A stretch of 61,916 bases of DNA, filler included, from Anaerolineae bacterium (GCA_029262755.1; 4 parts of 4 records of this genome joined end to end with filler, not necessarily neighbours in it), one strand, 5' to 3'. Positions 43,581-53,117 are shown, counted from the whole stretch's first letter. Translations and numbers: made by a program. The notes: generated by a model not told the origin, from the letters alone.

Positions 43581-45122
43581 CTACGGGGCACGCAGCGAGG
43601 GTGCGTCCCCACTCCTTGGCAGCCAGTCCGGATACTCGATTCTCGCCGCGGCGACATCAAGCGTGATACAGACTTCAACCGCCGTTGAAGAGTCTTCGGC
43701 CATGGCCTGCAACGTTGACGTATCTTGATCAGGGTCGATGACAACGTGCATCCGCCTGGGCCCGAAATCGATAGACCTACCAAGGAGCATTATCGGCTCC
43801 GGCGGCATTGGCTTGGTGAAGAACGCACCATTCGGTAAGTCTCGGACAATTCGTTTCAGCCCTTGCACCGTTACCGTGATATCCACCGTGCCGAGCGTGT
43901 CGTCTGTTCTTGGAGAGAGAAATCCCTGTGTGACGATCAACTCCACTCGCCGAATCGCAGCTATGTCCTCGCCACTCAATTCCCAGGATGGAAGCCTCAG
44001 TTGCTGACCGATCGCTCTCTGGATGGTGCATGCAGCGTCGAGCAAGCGCATCATGTCACTCTCTACTCGCTCAATCTGGCCGCCAGCGATCACGCCTTCG
44101 AACCGTCCCCCGAGTTCGAGCATCGTTAGGATGAAAGCACCACCGACTGCCATTGAGTCCAACAGGCGCAAGATCTCCCGTGATTCGACAACGTCGACTC
44201 CAGGACTTGAGAAGTCTGGCTTCCAGTCGAACTCTTTGCGCCTTCGACTAAGTACGAAGCGACCCTTGGGCACGCCGACCTGATGCAGGTTCGAGAGAGT
44301 AGCTTCCTCGCTACCTACCTGTACCGCTCTGTAGTCGATGTACGGTATTGAGTAAGATGAACCATCCAGGCAATCCATATCAAACCGCATTGGGGCACGG
44401 TAGTCAGACACCGACGGACCAAGGACCAGTTTGCCTTGCTCTGGATCGTAGTCGGGCATCCCGGTCACAGCCTTGTACCAAGAAGATATCTCTGCTGCAC
44501 TTAAGGCTGGGCCGTGCAACTCATACTGCGCTCCCGTCGCTTGAGCCTCCAGGAACGCCTCGCGCTCCGATCTTCCTTCGGCTGTATCTGGAAAGCTGAG
44601 TTCCACCCGTATTTCGAGCGGCTTAGTCTTCAGCATCCCAGGGAGACAATGATCGACGATTCTGCGCCGAAGTTCTGCCAGCCCATCGTCAGACAGCAGA
44701 TCCTCAGAGCCGAGATGACACCGCACCGTTGTCTGGGTACGCCAACTAGGCTTTGCTGAGTCGAGTCGTCGAATTTCCTTCGCGACCTCTCCCCAATGCC
44801 CAGAATTGGTGTCCACATTCCATACCACGAGAACAACGGGAACCGCTGATCTCTCCCACTGGAACAGGTCCTTCACCTCAATCACCTGGGAGATCGTACC
44901 GTCCCTAAGGACCTTGTGCGTCCCGGTTGTGACGCTCTTCACTTGAGCATAGAAGGACAGTCCCGACCAGTGCCCATCGTCATAGATCCGAACCAGATCG
45001 TCCTCGCCAAGATCAGGATCTACGCGCCCGCAGATCCATCCGTACTCACTTAGCCTCGCAGCGACCTGGTTGCGGCTCACTTCCTCTTGCTGCAATTGCA
45101 TACTCAAACGGCGCTCTGGCAC
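43581..45122 (-). CDS. DUF4365-type PD-(D/E)xK nuclease-domain protein with large unknown C-terminal region
   Basis: DLGED...FYAQVKS...W....VPVVLV pattern. GGAG lies 7 nt before GTG 45122. Confidence 0.7.
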   Translation of the reverse strand: MPERRLSMQLQQEEVSRNQVAARLSEYGWICGRVDPDLGEDDLVRIYDDGHWSGLSFYAQVKSVTTGTHKVLRDGTISQVIEVKDLFQWERSAVPVVLVVWNVDTNSGHWGEVAKEIRRLDSAKPSWRTQTTVRCHLGSEDLLSDDGLAELRRRIVDHCLPGMLKTKPLEIRVELSFPDTAEGRSEREAFLEAQATGAQYELHGPALSAAEISSWYKAVTGMPDYDPEQGKLVLGPSVSDYRAPMRFDMDCLDGSSYSIPYIDYRAVQVGSEEATLSNLHQVGVPKGRFVLSRRRKEFDWKPDFSSPGVDVVESREILRLLDSMAVGGAFILTMLELGGRFEGVIAGGQIERVESDMMRLLDAACTIQRAIGQQLRLPSWELSGEDIAAIRRVELIVTQGFLSPRTDDTLGTVDITVTVQGLKRIVRDLPNGAFFTKPMPPEPIMLLGRSIDFGPRRMHVVIDPDQDTSTLQAMAEDSSTAVEVCITLDVAAARIEYPDWLPRSGDAPSLRAP

Positions 45123-45309
45123 TGTGATTCTCCGAATCGGAGGCTGAGGGTGAGGTTCATGGAAGGCGTGAATTACTACTGACCCGTGACTCTCGTAGGG
45201 TGCCTCCAACTCTTATCCACCTTGGCCTGCTCTGAGCAAGATCACTCAGGTTGCTGGAGGGAAGATGACTATACTTCCTCAACGGCAACGTGTGGTACAG
45301 GAGGAAGCG

Positions 45310-46437
45310 ATGGGCAGGCGCGGCAACAACGAAGGCAGCATCCGCAAGCGCAGTGACGGCCGCTGGGAAGCGCGGATCACCATCGCTGGCAAACAGCGCT
45401 CCGTCTACGGCAAGACCCGGGAGATCGTCGCGAGGAAGATGCGGGACGCCATGAGCGAGGCCGAGCGCGGGCTCCCAGTTGCCGATCAACGCACCCAGCT
45501 CCAGACGTACCTGCGCGAGTGGCTAGAGAACACCGTCAAGCTCACAGTGCGCCCCAAGACGTACGAGTCCTACGAGGGCCACATCCGACTCTACATCGAG
45601 CCGGCGATCGGCAAGGTGCCGCTCGTCAAGCTCACCCTCTCACACGTCCAGCAGCTCATGAACGGAATGCTGGAGCGAGGTCTCTCGCCCCGCACGGTCA
45701 TCCACACTCGCGCTACCCTCCGTCGCGCGCTGGGCCAGGCACACAAGTGGGGCTTGGTCAGCCGGAACGTTGCTGCCTTGGTCGATCCACCCAAGGCTCC
45801 CCGTTCAGAGGTGATGCCGCTCACGCCAGAGCAGGCCCGTCTCTTTCTCGACGCGATCGAAGGCGACCGGTTCGAGGCCCTGTACCACGTGGCACTCGCC
45901 CTCGGGATGCGACAGGGCGAGATCCTGGGCCTCACGTGGTCGAACGTCGATCTATCCGCCGGGACACTCCGCGTGAAGCAGGCTCTTCAGAAGATCAACG
46001 GAGAGTGGCAGCTCGTCGAGCCGAAGACGAAGCGCTCTCGGCGTACCCTTCCCTTGCCAGCCACAGTGGCAAGCAAGCTGCGTGAACACCGGGCGAGACA
46101 GAATCGCGCCCGTCTAAATGCCGGCGACCGCTGGCAGGACTGGGGGCTCGTCTTCACCACGGGCATCGGCACGCCGCTTGACGGCGTCAACGTCAACAAG
46201 CACTTCCAGCGCACCCTCGCTGCCCTTGGCCTTCCCAAGCAGCGCTTCCACGATCTGAGGCACGCCTGCGCCACATTCCTTCTCACCCAGGGGCTCAGCC
46301 CTCGGGTCGTCATGGAGACGCTCGGGCACTCTCAGATCTCGGTGACGATGGACACCTACTCGCACGTGATGCCTGAGCTCCAGCGGGAAGCAGCCGACCG
46401 AATGGACGAGCTTCTGAACGCCTCTGACCCCAATTAG
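45310..46437 (+). CDS. Tyrosine recombinase/integrase
   Basis: N-terminal RRGNNEGSI.KR.DGRW arm-binding domain and catalytic GMRQGE, KT, HDLRH, LGHS and TYSH. AGGAGG RBS. Confidence 0.97.
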   Translation: MGRRGNNEGSIRKRSDGRWEARITIAGKQRSVYGKTREIVARKMRDAMSEAERGLPVADQRTQLQTYLREWLENTVKLTVRPKTYESYEGHIRLYIEPAIGKVPLVKLTLSHVQQLMNGMLERGLSPRTVIHTRATLRRALGQAHKWGLVSRNVAALVDPPKAPRSEVMPLTPEQARLFLDAIEGDRFEALYHVALALGMRQGEILGLTWSNVDLSAGTLRVKQALQKINGEWQLVEPKTKRSRRTLPLPATVASKLREHRARQNRARLNAGDRWQDWGLVFTTGIGTPLDGVNVNKHFQRTLAALGLPKQRFHDLRHACATFLLTQGLSPRVVMETLGHSQISVTMDTYSHVMPELQREAADRMDELLNASDPN

Positions 46438-46496
46438 GGTCAGAATTAGGGTATACTGCTCGAAACGGCGCTAGCGAGCACGACCGCCAGACAAGC

Positions 46497-46522
46497 GAAA
46501 AGCCCGCCGTAGCGGGCCTTTC
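46497..46522 (-). terminator. Terminator hairpin downstream of tRNA-Trp (may also serve the integrase)
   Basis: Minus strand GAAAGGCCCGC-TACG-GCGGGCTTTTC. Confidence 0.7.
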
Positions 46523-46529
46523 ATCAGTA

Positions 46530-46602
46530 CAGGCGGGACAGGACTTGAACCTGCAACCTACGGTTTTGGAGACCGTTGCTCTGCCAATTGAGCTACCCGC
46601 CT
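46530..46602 (-). tRNA. tRNA-Trp (CCA anticodon), CCA tail not encoded
   Basis: AGGCGGG/CCCGCCT acceptor stem, GCTC/GAGC D-stem, ACGGT-CTCCAAA-ACCGT anticodon arm and GGTTCAAGTCC T-arm. TGgTAGACT -10 at 46634-46642. Confidence 0.97.
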
Positions 46603-46698
46603 TCGGCCGCGCCCTGGGGCGCGACAGGCGCGAAGTCTACCACGCCCGCCCGCCCCGCCGCAACGATTCCCCCCGCCCGTCCTGTCGTTCCGCACCCC

Positions 46699-46825
46699 AC
46701 GCCCCTCGCGCCCCCGCAACGTCCGGCTAGCCTTCCGCGACGCACCTCGCCCCCCAGCTTCGTCCGGCCAACGCCTTCCGCGACGCCCCTCGCGCCCCAC
46801 CACCGTCCGGCCGACGCCCTCCGCG
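46699..46825. repeat. Three imperfect 41-43 bp tandem repeats upstream of tRNA-Trp
   Basis: Units ACGC(C/A)CCTCGC..CCC....CGTCCGGC...GCC(T/C)TCCGCG start at 46699, 46740 and 46783. Confidence 0.8.
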
Positions 46826-46888
46826 GAGTAGTTCGCGCCCGCAAGGCCGGCGCGCTAGCGCCGCCCACCGTTCTACCCGCCCCCCCCG

Positions 46889-49792
46889 CTACCCCACGTA
46901 CCGCCCCACCAGCTCCGTCAGCCCCACGAAGTTGAACGGCTTCGCAAGAAACTCCCGCACCCCCAGCGCCTCATACCGCGCGTCGAGCTTCGTCTCCGTA
47001 TACCCCGAGATCAGCACCACCGGGAGGTCGGGGGAGGCGCTGCGTAGGCGGCGGCAGGTCTCTTCGCCGGAGAGGCCGGGCATCGTGAGGTCGAGGAGGA
47101 CGAGGCCGATCTCGTCGTGGCGGGCCGCGGCTACGTTTAGGCCCGTGAGGCCGTCTTCCGCCTCGAGCACGGGAATGCTGCCGATGCCGAGGATGTCGGC
47201 GATGGCTTCGCGGACGGCCGCCTCGTCGTCGATCACGAGCACCGCAGACCCCGCCGCATACGCCGGCCCCACGTCCGCACGCCCGCCCTCCGCATCGCCC
47301 ACGGCCATCGCGAAACCACCGCCCGCGCGCCCGCCCTCGGCATCGCCCACGGCCGTCGCGAAACCACCGTCCGCGCGCCCGCCCCCCGCGTCGCCCACGC
47401 CCGTCGCAAGTCCACCGTCCGCGCGCTCATCGACGTCGCCATCGCCCAGTGCACGGACCACGTGGCTCGCGTCGCTCTCCGCATCGACCGCATCGCTCGC
47501 CACATCCGCCGCGACGTCTGTCCTGGCGTCCGCCGCCACAACCCCCGTCCAATCGTCGCGATCCGCTCCGCCATCGCCCTCGCCTTCCCTCAGATCCTTA
47601 CGTGCATCCGTCCCATTGCCGCTCCGGCCAGAGCCGCTCCCGTCACTGCCGCTCCGCCTATCATCGCCGCTCCCACCATCGCCGCTCCCCCCATCGCCCC
47701 ACGCATCGCCGCCACGTTCGCGGTCCAAGTCCGCGCCCAGCGCGCCGAGCACTTCCGGCAGATTGTGCGACACGCGTGCCAGCGTGCCGCGACCCTCGCT
47801 GCCCGCAGCCGCCGCCCGCGCCCGTCGGCGGGCCTCGGCGCGCGTCATCGTGGTCGGTTCCCCGGCGTGATCTTCGGCTGAGTCCCTCGCCCGCGCCTCT
47901 TGAGAACGTTGTTGGCCGCTCGCGCCGTCCGACCGCGCGCCCGCCCGTCCATCCGCGCCCTCACCCACTTCATCGCCCACCGTGTGGCCCGCCCCATCGC
48001 CCACCTTGTCGCCATCCGGGGCACCTTCCTCCGCACCCGCCGCCGCCCCAACCCCCACCACGGGGAACAACAACGTGAACGTCGTACCCACGCCCTCTTC
48101 GCTCTCCACGGTCAGGCCGCCGCCGTGGCCGCGGACGATGCCGAGGGTGGCGGCGAGGCCAAGGCCGTGGCCTTCGTCCTTGGTGCTGAAGAAGGGGTCG
48201 AAGACGCGGGCTAGGGTGGCGGGGGCCATGCCGTCGCCGTCGTCGCGGACGAGGAGGCGGACGAAGCGGCCGGGGGCCAGGGGTTGGGCGGTGCGGGTGG
48301 CGGAGGCGGGGAGGCCTTCGGGGAGGTCGAGGACGTCTGTGACGAGGAGGACGAGGCCGGTGGTGTCGTAGGCTTGGGCGGCGTTGAGGACCAGGTTCAT
48401 GACCACCTGTTGGAGCTGGGCGGAGTCGGCTTCGATCAGCGGGAGCTCGGGGGCCAGGCGGAGGACCAGGCGGACGCCGCCCATGAGGCTGGAGGCGAGG
48501 AGGTCGGCCTGGTCGTCGATGAGGGCGTTGAGGTCCAGGGGGGCGCTGCGGATCGAGGCGCGGCCGGCGTAGGCTAGGAGTTGGCGGGTGAGGACGGCGG
48601 CGCGGTCAGCGGCGTGGAGGGCGCCGCGGAGAGGGGGGAGGGCGGGGCTGTCCTCGGGGAGCATGGCTTCGGCGGCGGAGGCCTTGCCCATGACGGCCGT
48701 CAGGAGGTTGTTGAAGTCGTGGGCGACGCCGCCGGAAAGGAGGGCGAGGCTTTCGCGCTTTTCGGCTTCGTTGAGGGCGGCCTCGGCGCGGCGGCGGTCG
48801 GTGAGGTCGCGGGCGATGTGGAGGCTGCCGACGGCGCGGTCGTCCTCGTAGATCGTCCGGCTGCGCACCTCGAGGACGATGGGCTGGCCGTTGGCGCCGA
48901 TGACCTCGTACTCCCATTGATCCGAGATGCCGCCGGATAGGACGGTCCACAGGGATTCGGCGGCCTTCTTGCGCTGTTGAGGCACGACGAAGTCCACGGC
49001 GCGTGCGCCGACCAGGCGCTGCTTGGAGCGGCCGAGCGCGCGGCAGACGGCGCGGTTGGCCGTGACGATTCGGGCCCGGGTGTCGAGCGTGAAGATCAGG
49101 TCGCTCGCGTGCTCGATGTAGCTGCGCCATCGCTCTTCGCTGGCACGCAGGGCGTCTTCGTCGCGCTTCGAGCGCGCGATGGCGCGATCCACGACGCCCA
49201 GGCCGTGCGAAACGAGGACGCCGGAGAACAAGATCGCAGCGATGGCCAGTACGTACGGACCAAAGGCCATCTTCACCAGATCGGGTGAGGCGCTGCCGAT
49301 CGGTAGCCACCGGCTCACGAGCACGAGCGTGATGGAGACCAGCCCGTATGTCACCGCCCACGGGACGGCCTTGCGGCCGATGAGGAGCCCGGAGCCCAGG
49401 ATCACGAGTACAAGGATGCCCGACGGTGTGGCTGGGTTGCTGCCGTTGCCGATCACGTAGATCGTGGACAGCAGTGAGAGCGAGACCATCTCGATGATGC
49501 TCGGCGCACTGACGTAGTTGCGGCAGACCAAGACCCCGCTGACGAGACCCGCGGCGAGGCCCGCGAGCATGACCCCCCACTCCAGCGGCGTCGTACGGGT
49601 CATGGGGGCGATACCCATGCCGGCCACGTTCACGGCGAGGTGGATCAGCACGAAGGCACGTAGCACGCGGGCGGCGCGGGTGCGGGCGGGATCGTCTGTG
49701 GGGGGCAACGGCATTAGGCGGTCGGCGGCGCGCGAGCGCCAAGCGGCGAAGGGTGAAGGTCCCGGCACATCGTTCGGCGGGACGGAGCTCAT
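46889..49792 (-). CDS. Membrane PAS hybrid histidine kinase with very long linker before the receiver domain
   Basis: TM helices, PAS, GGVAHDFNNLL, QVVMNLVLNA, FDPFFSTK..GHGLGL and a REC domain (IDDE, LLDLTMP, KP). Confidence 0.93.
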   Translation of the reverse strand: MSSVPPNDVPGPSPFAAWRSRAADRLMPLPPTDDPARTRAARVLRAFVLIHLAVNVAGMGIAPMTRTTPLEWGVMLAGLAAGLVSGVLVCRNYVSAPSIIEMVSLSLLSTIYVIGNGSNPATPSGILVLVILGSGLLIGRKAVPWAVTYGLVSITLVLVSRWLPIGSASPDLVKMAFGPYVLAIAAILFSGVLVSHGLGVVDRAIARSKRDEDALRASEERWRSYIEHASDLIFTLDTRARIVTANRAVCRALGRSKQRLVGARAVDFVVPQQRKKAAESLWTVLSGGISDQWEYEVIGANGQPIVLEVRSRTIYEDDRAVGSLHIARDLTDRRRAEAALNEAEKRESLALLSGGVAHDFNNLLTAVMGKASAAEAMLPEDSPALPPLRGALHAADRAAVLTRQLLAYAGRASIRSAPLDLNALIDDQADLLASSLMGGVRLVLRLAPELPLIEADSAQLQQVVMNLVLNAAQAYDTTGLVLLVTDVLDLPEGLPASATRTAQPLAPGRFVRLLVRDDGDGMAPATLARVFDPFFSTKDEGHGLGLAATLGIVRGHGGGLTVESEEGVGTTFTLLFPVVGVGAAAGAEEGAPDGDKVGDGAGHTVGDEVGEGADGRAGARSDGASGQQRSQEARARDSAEDHAGEPTTMTRAEARRRARAAAAGSEGRGTLARVSHNLPEVLGALGADLDRERGGDAWGDGGSGDGGSGDDRRSGSDGSGSGRSGNGTDARKDLREGEGDGGADRDDWTGVVAADARTDVAADVASDAVDAESDASHVVRALGDGDVDERADGGLATGVGDAGGGRADGGFATAVGDAEGGRAGGGFAMAVGDAEGGRADVGPAYAAGSAVLVIDDEAAVREAIADILGIGSIPVLEAEDGLTGLNVAAARHDEIGLVLLDLTMPGLSGEETCRRLRSASPDLPVVLISGYTETKLDARYEALGVREFLAKPFNFVGLTELVGRYVG
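47273..47447 (-). repeat. In-frame 48-bp tandem repeat (~3.5 copies)
   Basis: CATCGCCCACGGCC recurs at 47293 and 47341. It encodes RADGG(F/L)A(T/M)(A/G)VGDA(E/G)GG units. Confidence 0.85.
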
Positions 49793-52700
49793 CCGGTAGG
49801 GCCGGTGTGCGCGCCCAGATATTGGCGCACCAAGGCCGTTAGCCGCTCGTAGGGGTATGGCTTCTTGAGGAAGGCCACCATGCCCAGATCGCCCAAACGG
49901 TCGTCCAGCTCCAGGTCGCTGTAGCCGGAGGTGGCGATCACGGGCAGGCTGGGATCGATGTCTCGGATCCGGCGGCAGGTTTCCTCGCCGGAGAGGCCCG
50001 GCATGGTGAGGTCGAGCAGCACGACGCGGATCGTGTTGCGTCGTTCGCGCAGAACGCGCAGGCCGGCCTCGCCGTCCTCGGCGAGGATAGTGGGGATGCC
50101 GGAGTCTTCCAGGATGGCCGCCACGACCTCACGCACCGGCGCCTCGTCGTCGATGACGAGCACAACGCCGTCAGGGACGGGGCCGTCCGCGGCGATCTCG
50201 GCACGCGGTTGCTGCGATGCGGGCGCCGTGGTGGCGGGCAGAAGCACTTCGAAGGTGGTGCCCGTGCCGGGTCGGCTCTGCACGCTCAGGCCGCCGTCGT
50301 GGCCACGCACGATGCCGAGCACCGCGGCAAGGCCGAGGCCGTGGCCATCGTTTTTGGTGGAGAAGAAGGGATCGAAGATGCGCGCTTTAGTTTCCGCGTC
50401 GAAGCCGGGGCCGCCGTCTTGGACGCGCAGGCGCAGGTAGTCGCCCGGGGCCAAGGCGCGGCCGGCGCTCGAACGTGCGGCGGGCGCACCGTCGGCCAAA
50501 TGAACGATGTCGGTCACGATGCGTACCCAGCCTTCGGCCAGGACGGCGGCTTCGCATCCGTTGAGCACCAGGTTCATGACCAGTTGCTGGAGCTGCGCCG
50601 CGTCCGCTTCCACCGCAGGCAGATCCGGGGCGAGCTCCGTCTCGACGAGCAGGGGCTCCTCGACCGCCACCTCGAGCAGGGGCAGCACCTCATCGATGAG
50701 GCCGTTGATATCGATCGGTCGGACCTCGAAGCGACCACGCCCCGAGTAAGCAAGCAGCTGTTCGGTGAGGGCGGACGCACGCTCGGCGGCGGTGACGATG
50801 CGCCTGAGGTTCTCGTGGGCGGAGTGCGAAGCATCCATCTTGTCGCGGGCCAGCGATGCGTGACCGAGCACGGCCGTGAGCATGTTGTTGAAGTCATGGG
50901 CCAGGCCGCCCGACATGAGCCCCAGGCTCTCCAGCTTCTCCGCCTGGCGCAAGACTTCCTCGGCGCGACGCTGCTCGGTGACGTCTTCGTGCAGCAAGAC
51001 AACCTCGCGGACGACCCCTTCCTCGTCCTTGACCGGGTAGGCATAGCTGCGCACCCAGCGCGCGCCGCCGGGCGCCGGTTCTCCGTCTGGCGCGCGATGG
51101 TCGAATCTCGTTGCGTGAATGCGCGCCGATTCACCCGCGTAGGCGCGACGGATGGCGGGCGCAGCTCCCGCCTCCTCTAGCACGGGATCGTTCAGGACGT
51201 TGTAATTGGCCATGATCTGGCTCACCTGCTCGTCCGTTAGCCCCCACATCGCCTGCGAAGCCGAGTTGGACAGCACGGGCTTGCCTTCGCCGTCGTAGAC
51301 CACGACCGCGAACGGTGATTGCTCCACGAGCGTCCGGTAGCGGCGCTCCGAGATTCGCAGCGCCCGCTCCATATCACGCCGAGGCGTGATGTCGCGAGCG
51401 ATGTGGAAGCTGCCGATCACGCGCCCTTCGCGCTCGATCGGCCTTCCGGATACCTCCAGCGTGATGAGCGAGCCCGAGCCGGAGGGCACCTCGACCTCGA
51501 GCACGGGGCCCTCTTCGCTGCGGCGCACCTTCTGCAGCACGTCGGTGACCACCCCCCGTTGATCCTCGGCAACCAGCGACAACACATCCATGCCGAGCAG
51601 TTCCTGCTCCGAGAAGCCGAGAACGTCGACACATGCCTGGTTGACGGAGGTCAGGCGTGCTTGGTCGTCCAGTGCGAACACGAGGTCGGTGGCTTGCTCG
51701 ATGTAGGTCTGCCAGCGCGCCTCGCTCTCGCGCAGGGCGGCCTCGGCCCTTCGCTGTTCCGTGAGATCGGAGCGGATCGCCCACAGCCGCATCAGGTACC
51801 CGTCCTCGACGATTCCGCGCAGCACGCTGCGAAAAATGCGCTCGCTGCCGGCCTCGTCGTGCCAGATGACGTCGTCGATCACCAGCACGTAGTCCTGGTC
51901 GATCAATGCGCGCAGGTGCGGCTTGGCTTGCGCAACGGAAGGCCGTAGCAACGAGCGCAGCACCGTGCCCGTAGCCGCTTCGGGCGTACCGAGGTCGTAC
52001 ATCGTCGCGAAGCGCGCGTTGCATTCGGCCAGCACGGCGCCGTCGATCAGGGCGTCCAACTGGGTCTCGGCGGGCAGGTCGACATCGATGGGCACCTCGA
52101 GCTCCAGGCGCGCCATCGCCTCCGTGCTCGTCGCGACGAACTCGCGGTAGCGGCCCTCGCTGGAACGCAGCGCCTCTTCCATGCGGACGCGGTCACGCAG
52201 GTCGAAGGACATTCCGACGACGAAATCCTCCCGGTCGATCGTGACACGACGTCCCCGAGCGGAGACGGGAATGCGTTCTCCGCTACGGGTGAGAACACGG
52301 TGCTCCGACACGGCGCTGCCCTCCGCCCAAGTCTGCCGAATCGCGCGGGCCACCGCCTCGCGATCCTCCGGCGCGATGCTGTCGGCCAAGGCCATCGTGG
52401 CCAACTCGGCCGTGGAATAGCCCAGCACCCGCTCGCGCTCCCGATTCCAACGCACGAGGCGGCCCTCACGATCGTAGAGGAAGAACAAGCCGGGCAGGCT
52501 GTCCAAGATGGTCTGCGTCACCTCGCCCTTGTGCCGCAGGTCCTCCTGTCCCAACTGCGCGGCGTGCCGGATCGCGCCCACGTTGCGCTCGATGAGTCTC
52601 AGCGCGTACACGATGAGCACGATGGCCATCGCCAGCGTAATCTGGGCCAGGAACCATTGGCCCCACGGCGAGTCCTGGTCGGCGGCCACGGCGATATCGG

Positions 52701-53076
52701 CCTCGAAGCCCCACAGCTGTGCGACCAAGAGCGCCGTCGCCGAGATTGCGAATACGGCGCCGAAGCCCAGGGCGCCGCGCCGTCCGAGCACGAGGCCGGC
52801 CGCGACGACGAGCACGGCGTACATCCCGGACAGCGTGGCGCTGTTGCCGCCGGTGAGCACCACCGGAATCGTCGTCACCACCCACAGGATCGTGACGATG
52901 GCGGTACCCGCGATCGCGATGTGACCCCGCCGACGCAGCAGCTCGCACAGGCCGAGGCCGGGCAGAGCAAGCAGCGCGGCGGTCAGGCCAATGGGGCCGA
53001 TCTCGTCGACTAAGGGCAGCCACACGAGAGCAAAGACGTCCATCAGGGCCACCATCCACAGCAACGCCCTCAGCAA
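49789..53076 (-). CDS. Membrane multi-PAS hybrid histidine kinase (5' end possibly truncated)
   Basis: TM helices, about 4 PAS domains, GGLAHDFNNML, HATPase and REC. The frame is open to the contig edge, and the stop overlaps the next start. Confidence 0.93.
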   Translation of the reverse strand: MLRALLWMVALMDVFALVWLPLVDEIGPIGLTAALLALPGLGLCELLRRRGHIAIAGTAIVTILWVVTTIPVVLTGGNSATLSGMYAVLVVAAGLVLGRRGALGFGAVFAISATALLVAQLWGFEADIAVAADQDSPWGQWFLAQITLAMAIVLIVYALRLIERNVGAIRHAAQLGQEDLRHKGEVTQTILDSLPGLFFLYDREGRLVRWNRERERVLGYSTAELATMALADSIAPEDREAVARAIRQTWAEGSAVSEHRVLTRSGERIPVSARGRRVTIDREDFVVGMSFDLRDRVRMEEALRSSEGRYREFVATSTEAMARLELEVPIDVDLPAETQLDALIDGAVLAECNARFATMYDLGTPEAATGTVLRSLLRPSVAQAKPHLRALIDQDYVLVIDDVIWHDEAGSERIFRSVLRGIVEDGYLMRLWAIRSDLTEQRRAEAALRESEARWQTYIEQATDLVFALDDQARLTSVNQACVDVLGFSEQELLGMDVLSLVAEDQRGVVTDVLQKVRRSEEGPVLEVEVPSGSGSLITLEVSGRPIEREGRVIGSFHIARDITPRRDMERALRISERRYRTLVEQSPFAVVVYDGEGKPVLSNSASQAMWGLTDEQVSQIMANYNVLNDPVLEEAGAAPAIRRAYAGESARIHATRFDHRAPDGEPAPGGARWVRSYAYPVKDEEGVVREVVLLHEDVTEQRRAEEVLRQAEKLESLGLMSGGLAHDFNNMLTAVLGHASLARDKMDASHSAHENLRRIVTAAERASALTEQLLAYSGRGRFEVRPIDINGLIDEVLPLLEVAVEEPLLVETELAPDLPAVEADAAQLQQLVMNLVLNGCEAAVLAEGWVRIVTDIVHLADGAPAARSSAGRALAPGDYLRLRVQDGGPGFDAETKARIFDPFFSTKNDGHGLGLAAVLGIVRGHDGGLSVQSRPGTGTTFEVLLPATTAPASQQPRAEIAADGPVPDGVVLVIDDEAPVREVVAAILEDSGIPTILAEDGEAGLRVLRERRNTIRVVLLDLTMPGLSGEETCRRIRDIDPSLPVIATSGYSDLELDDRLGDLGMVAFLKKPYPYERLTALVRQYLGAHTGPTG

Positions 53077-53117
53077 GTCGCTCGGACTTGCCGCACCGCC
53101 GTCCTCTGTGATTGTGG

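Larger units (their letters stand above)
41443..46529. mobile_element. One end of an integrative element/genomic island at the 3' end of tRNA-Trp
   Basis: A tyrosine integrase ends 92 nt from the tRNA 3' end. The cargo is visibly more AT-rich and includes RadC/JAB and a decayed MGE gene. The other end lies beyond the contig edge. Confidence 0.8.

Noticed and set aside
46699..47447. Tandem repeats as a CRISPR array
   Set aside because: The units are contiguous with no unique spacers, one set is in-frame coding sequence, and no cas genes are present.
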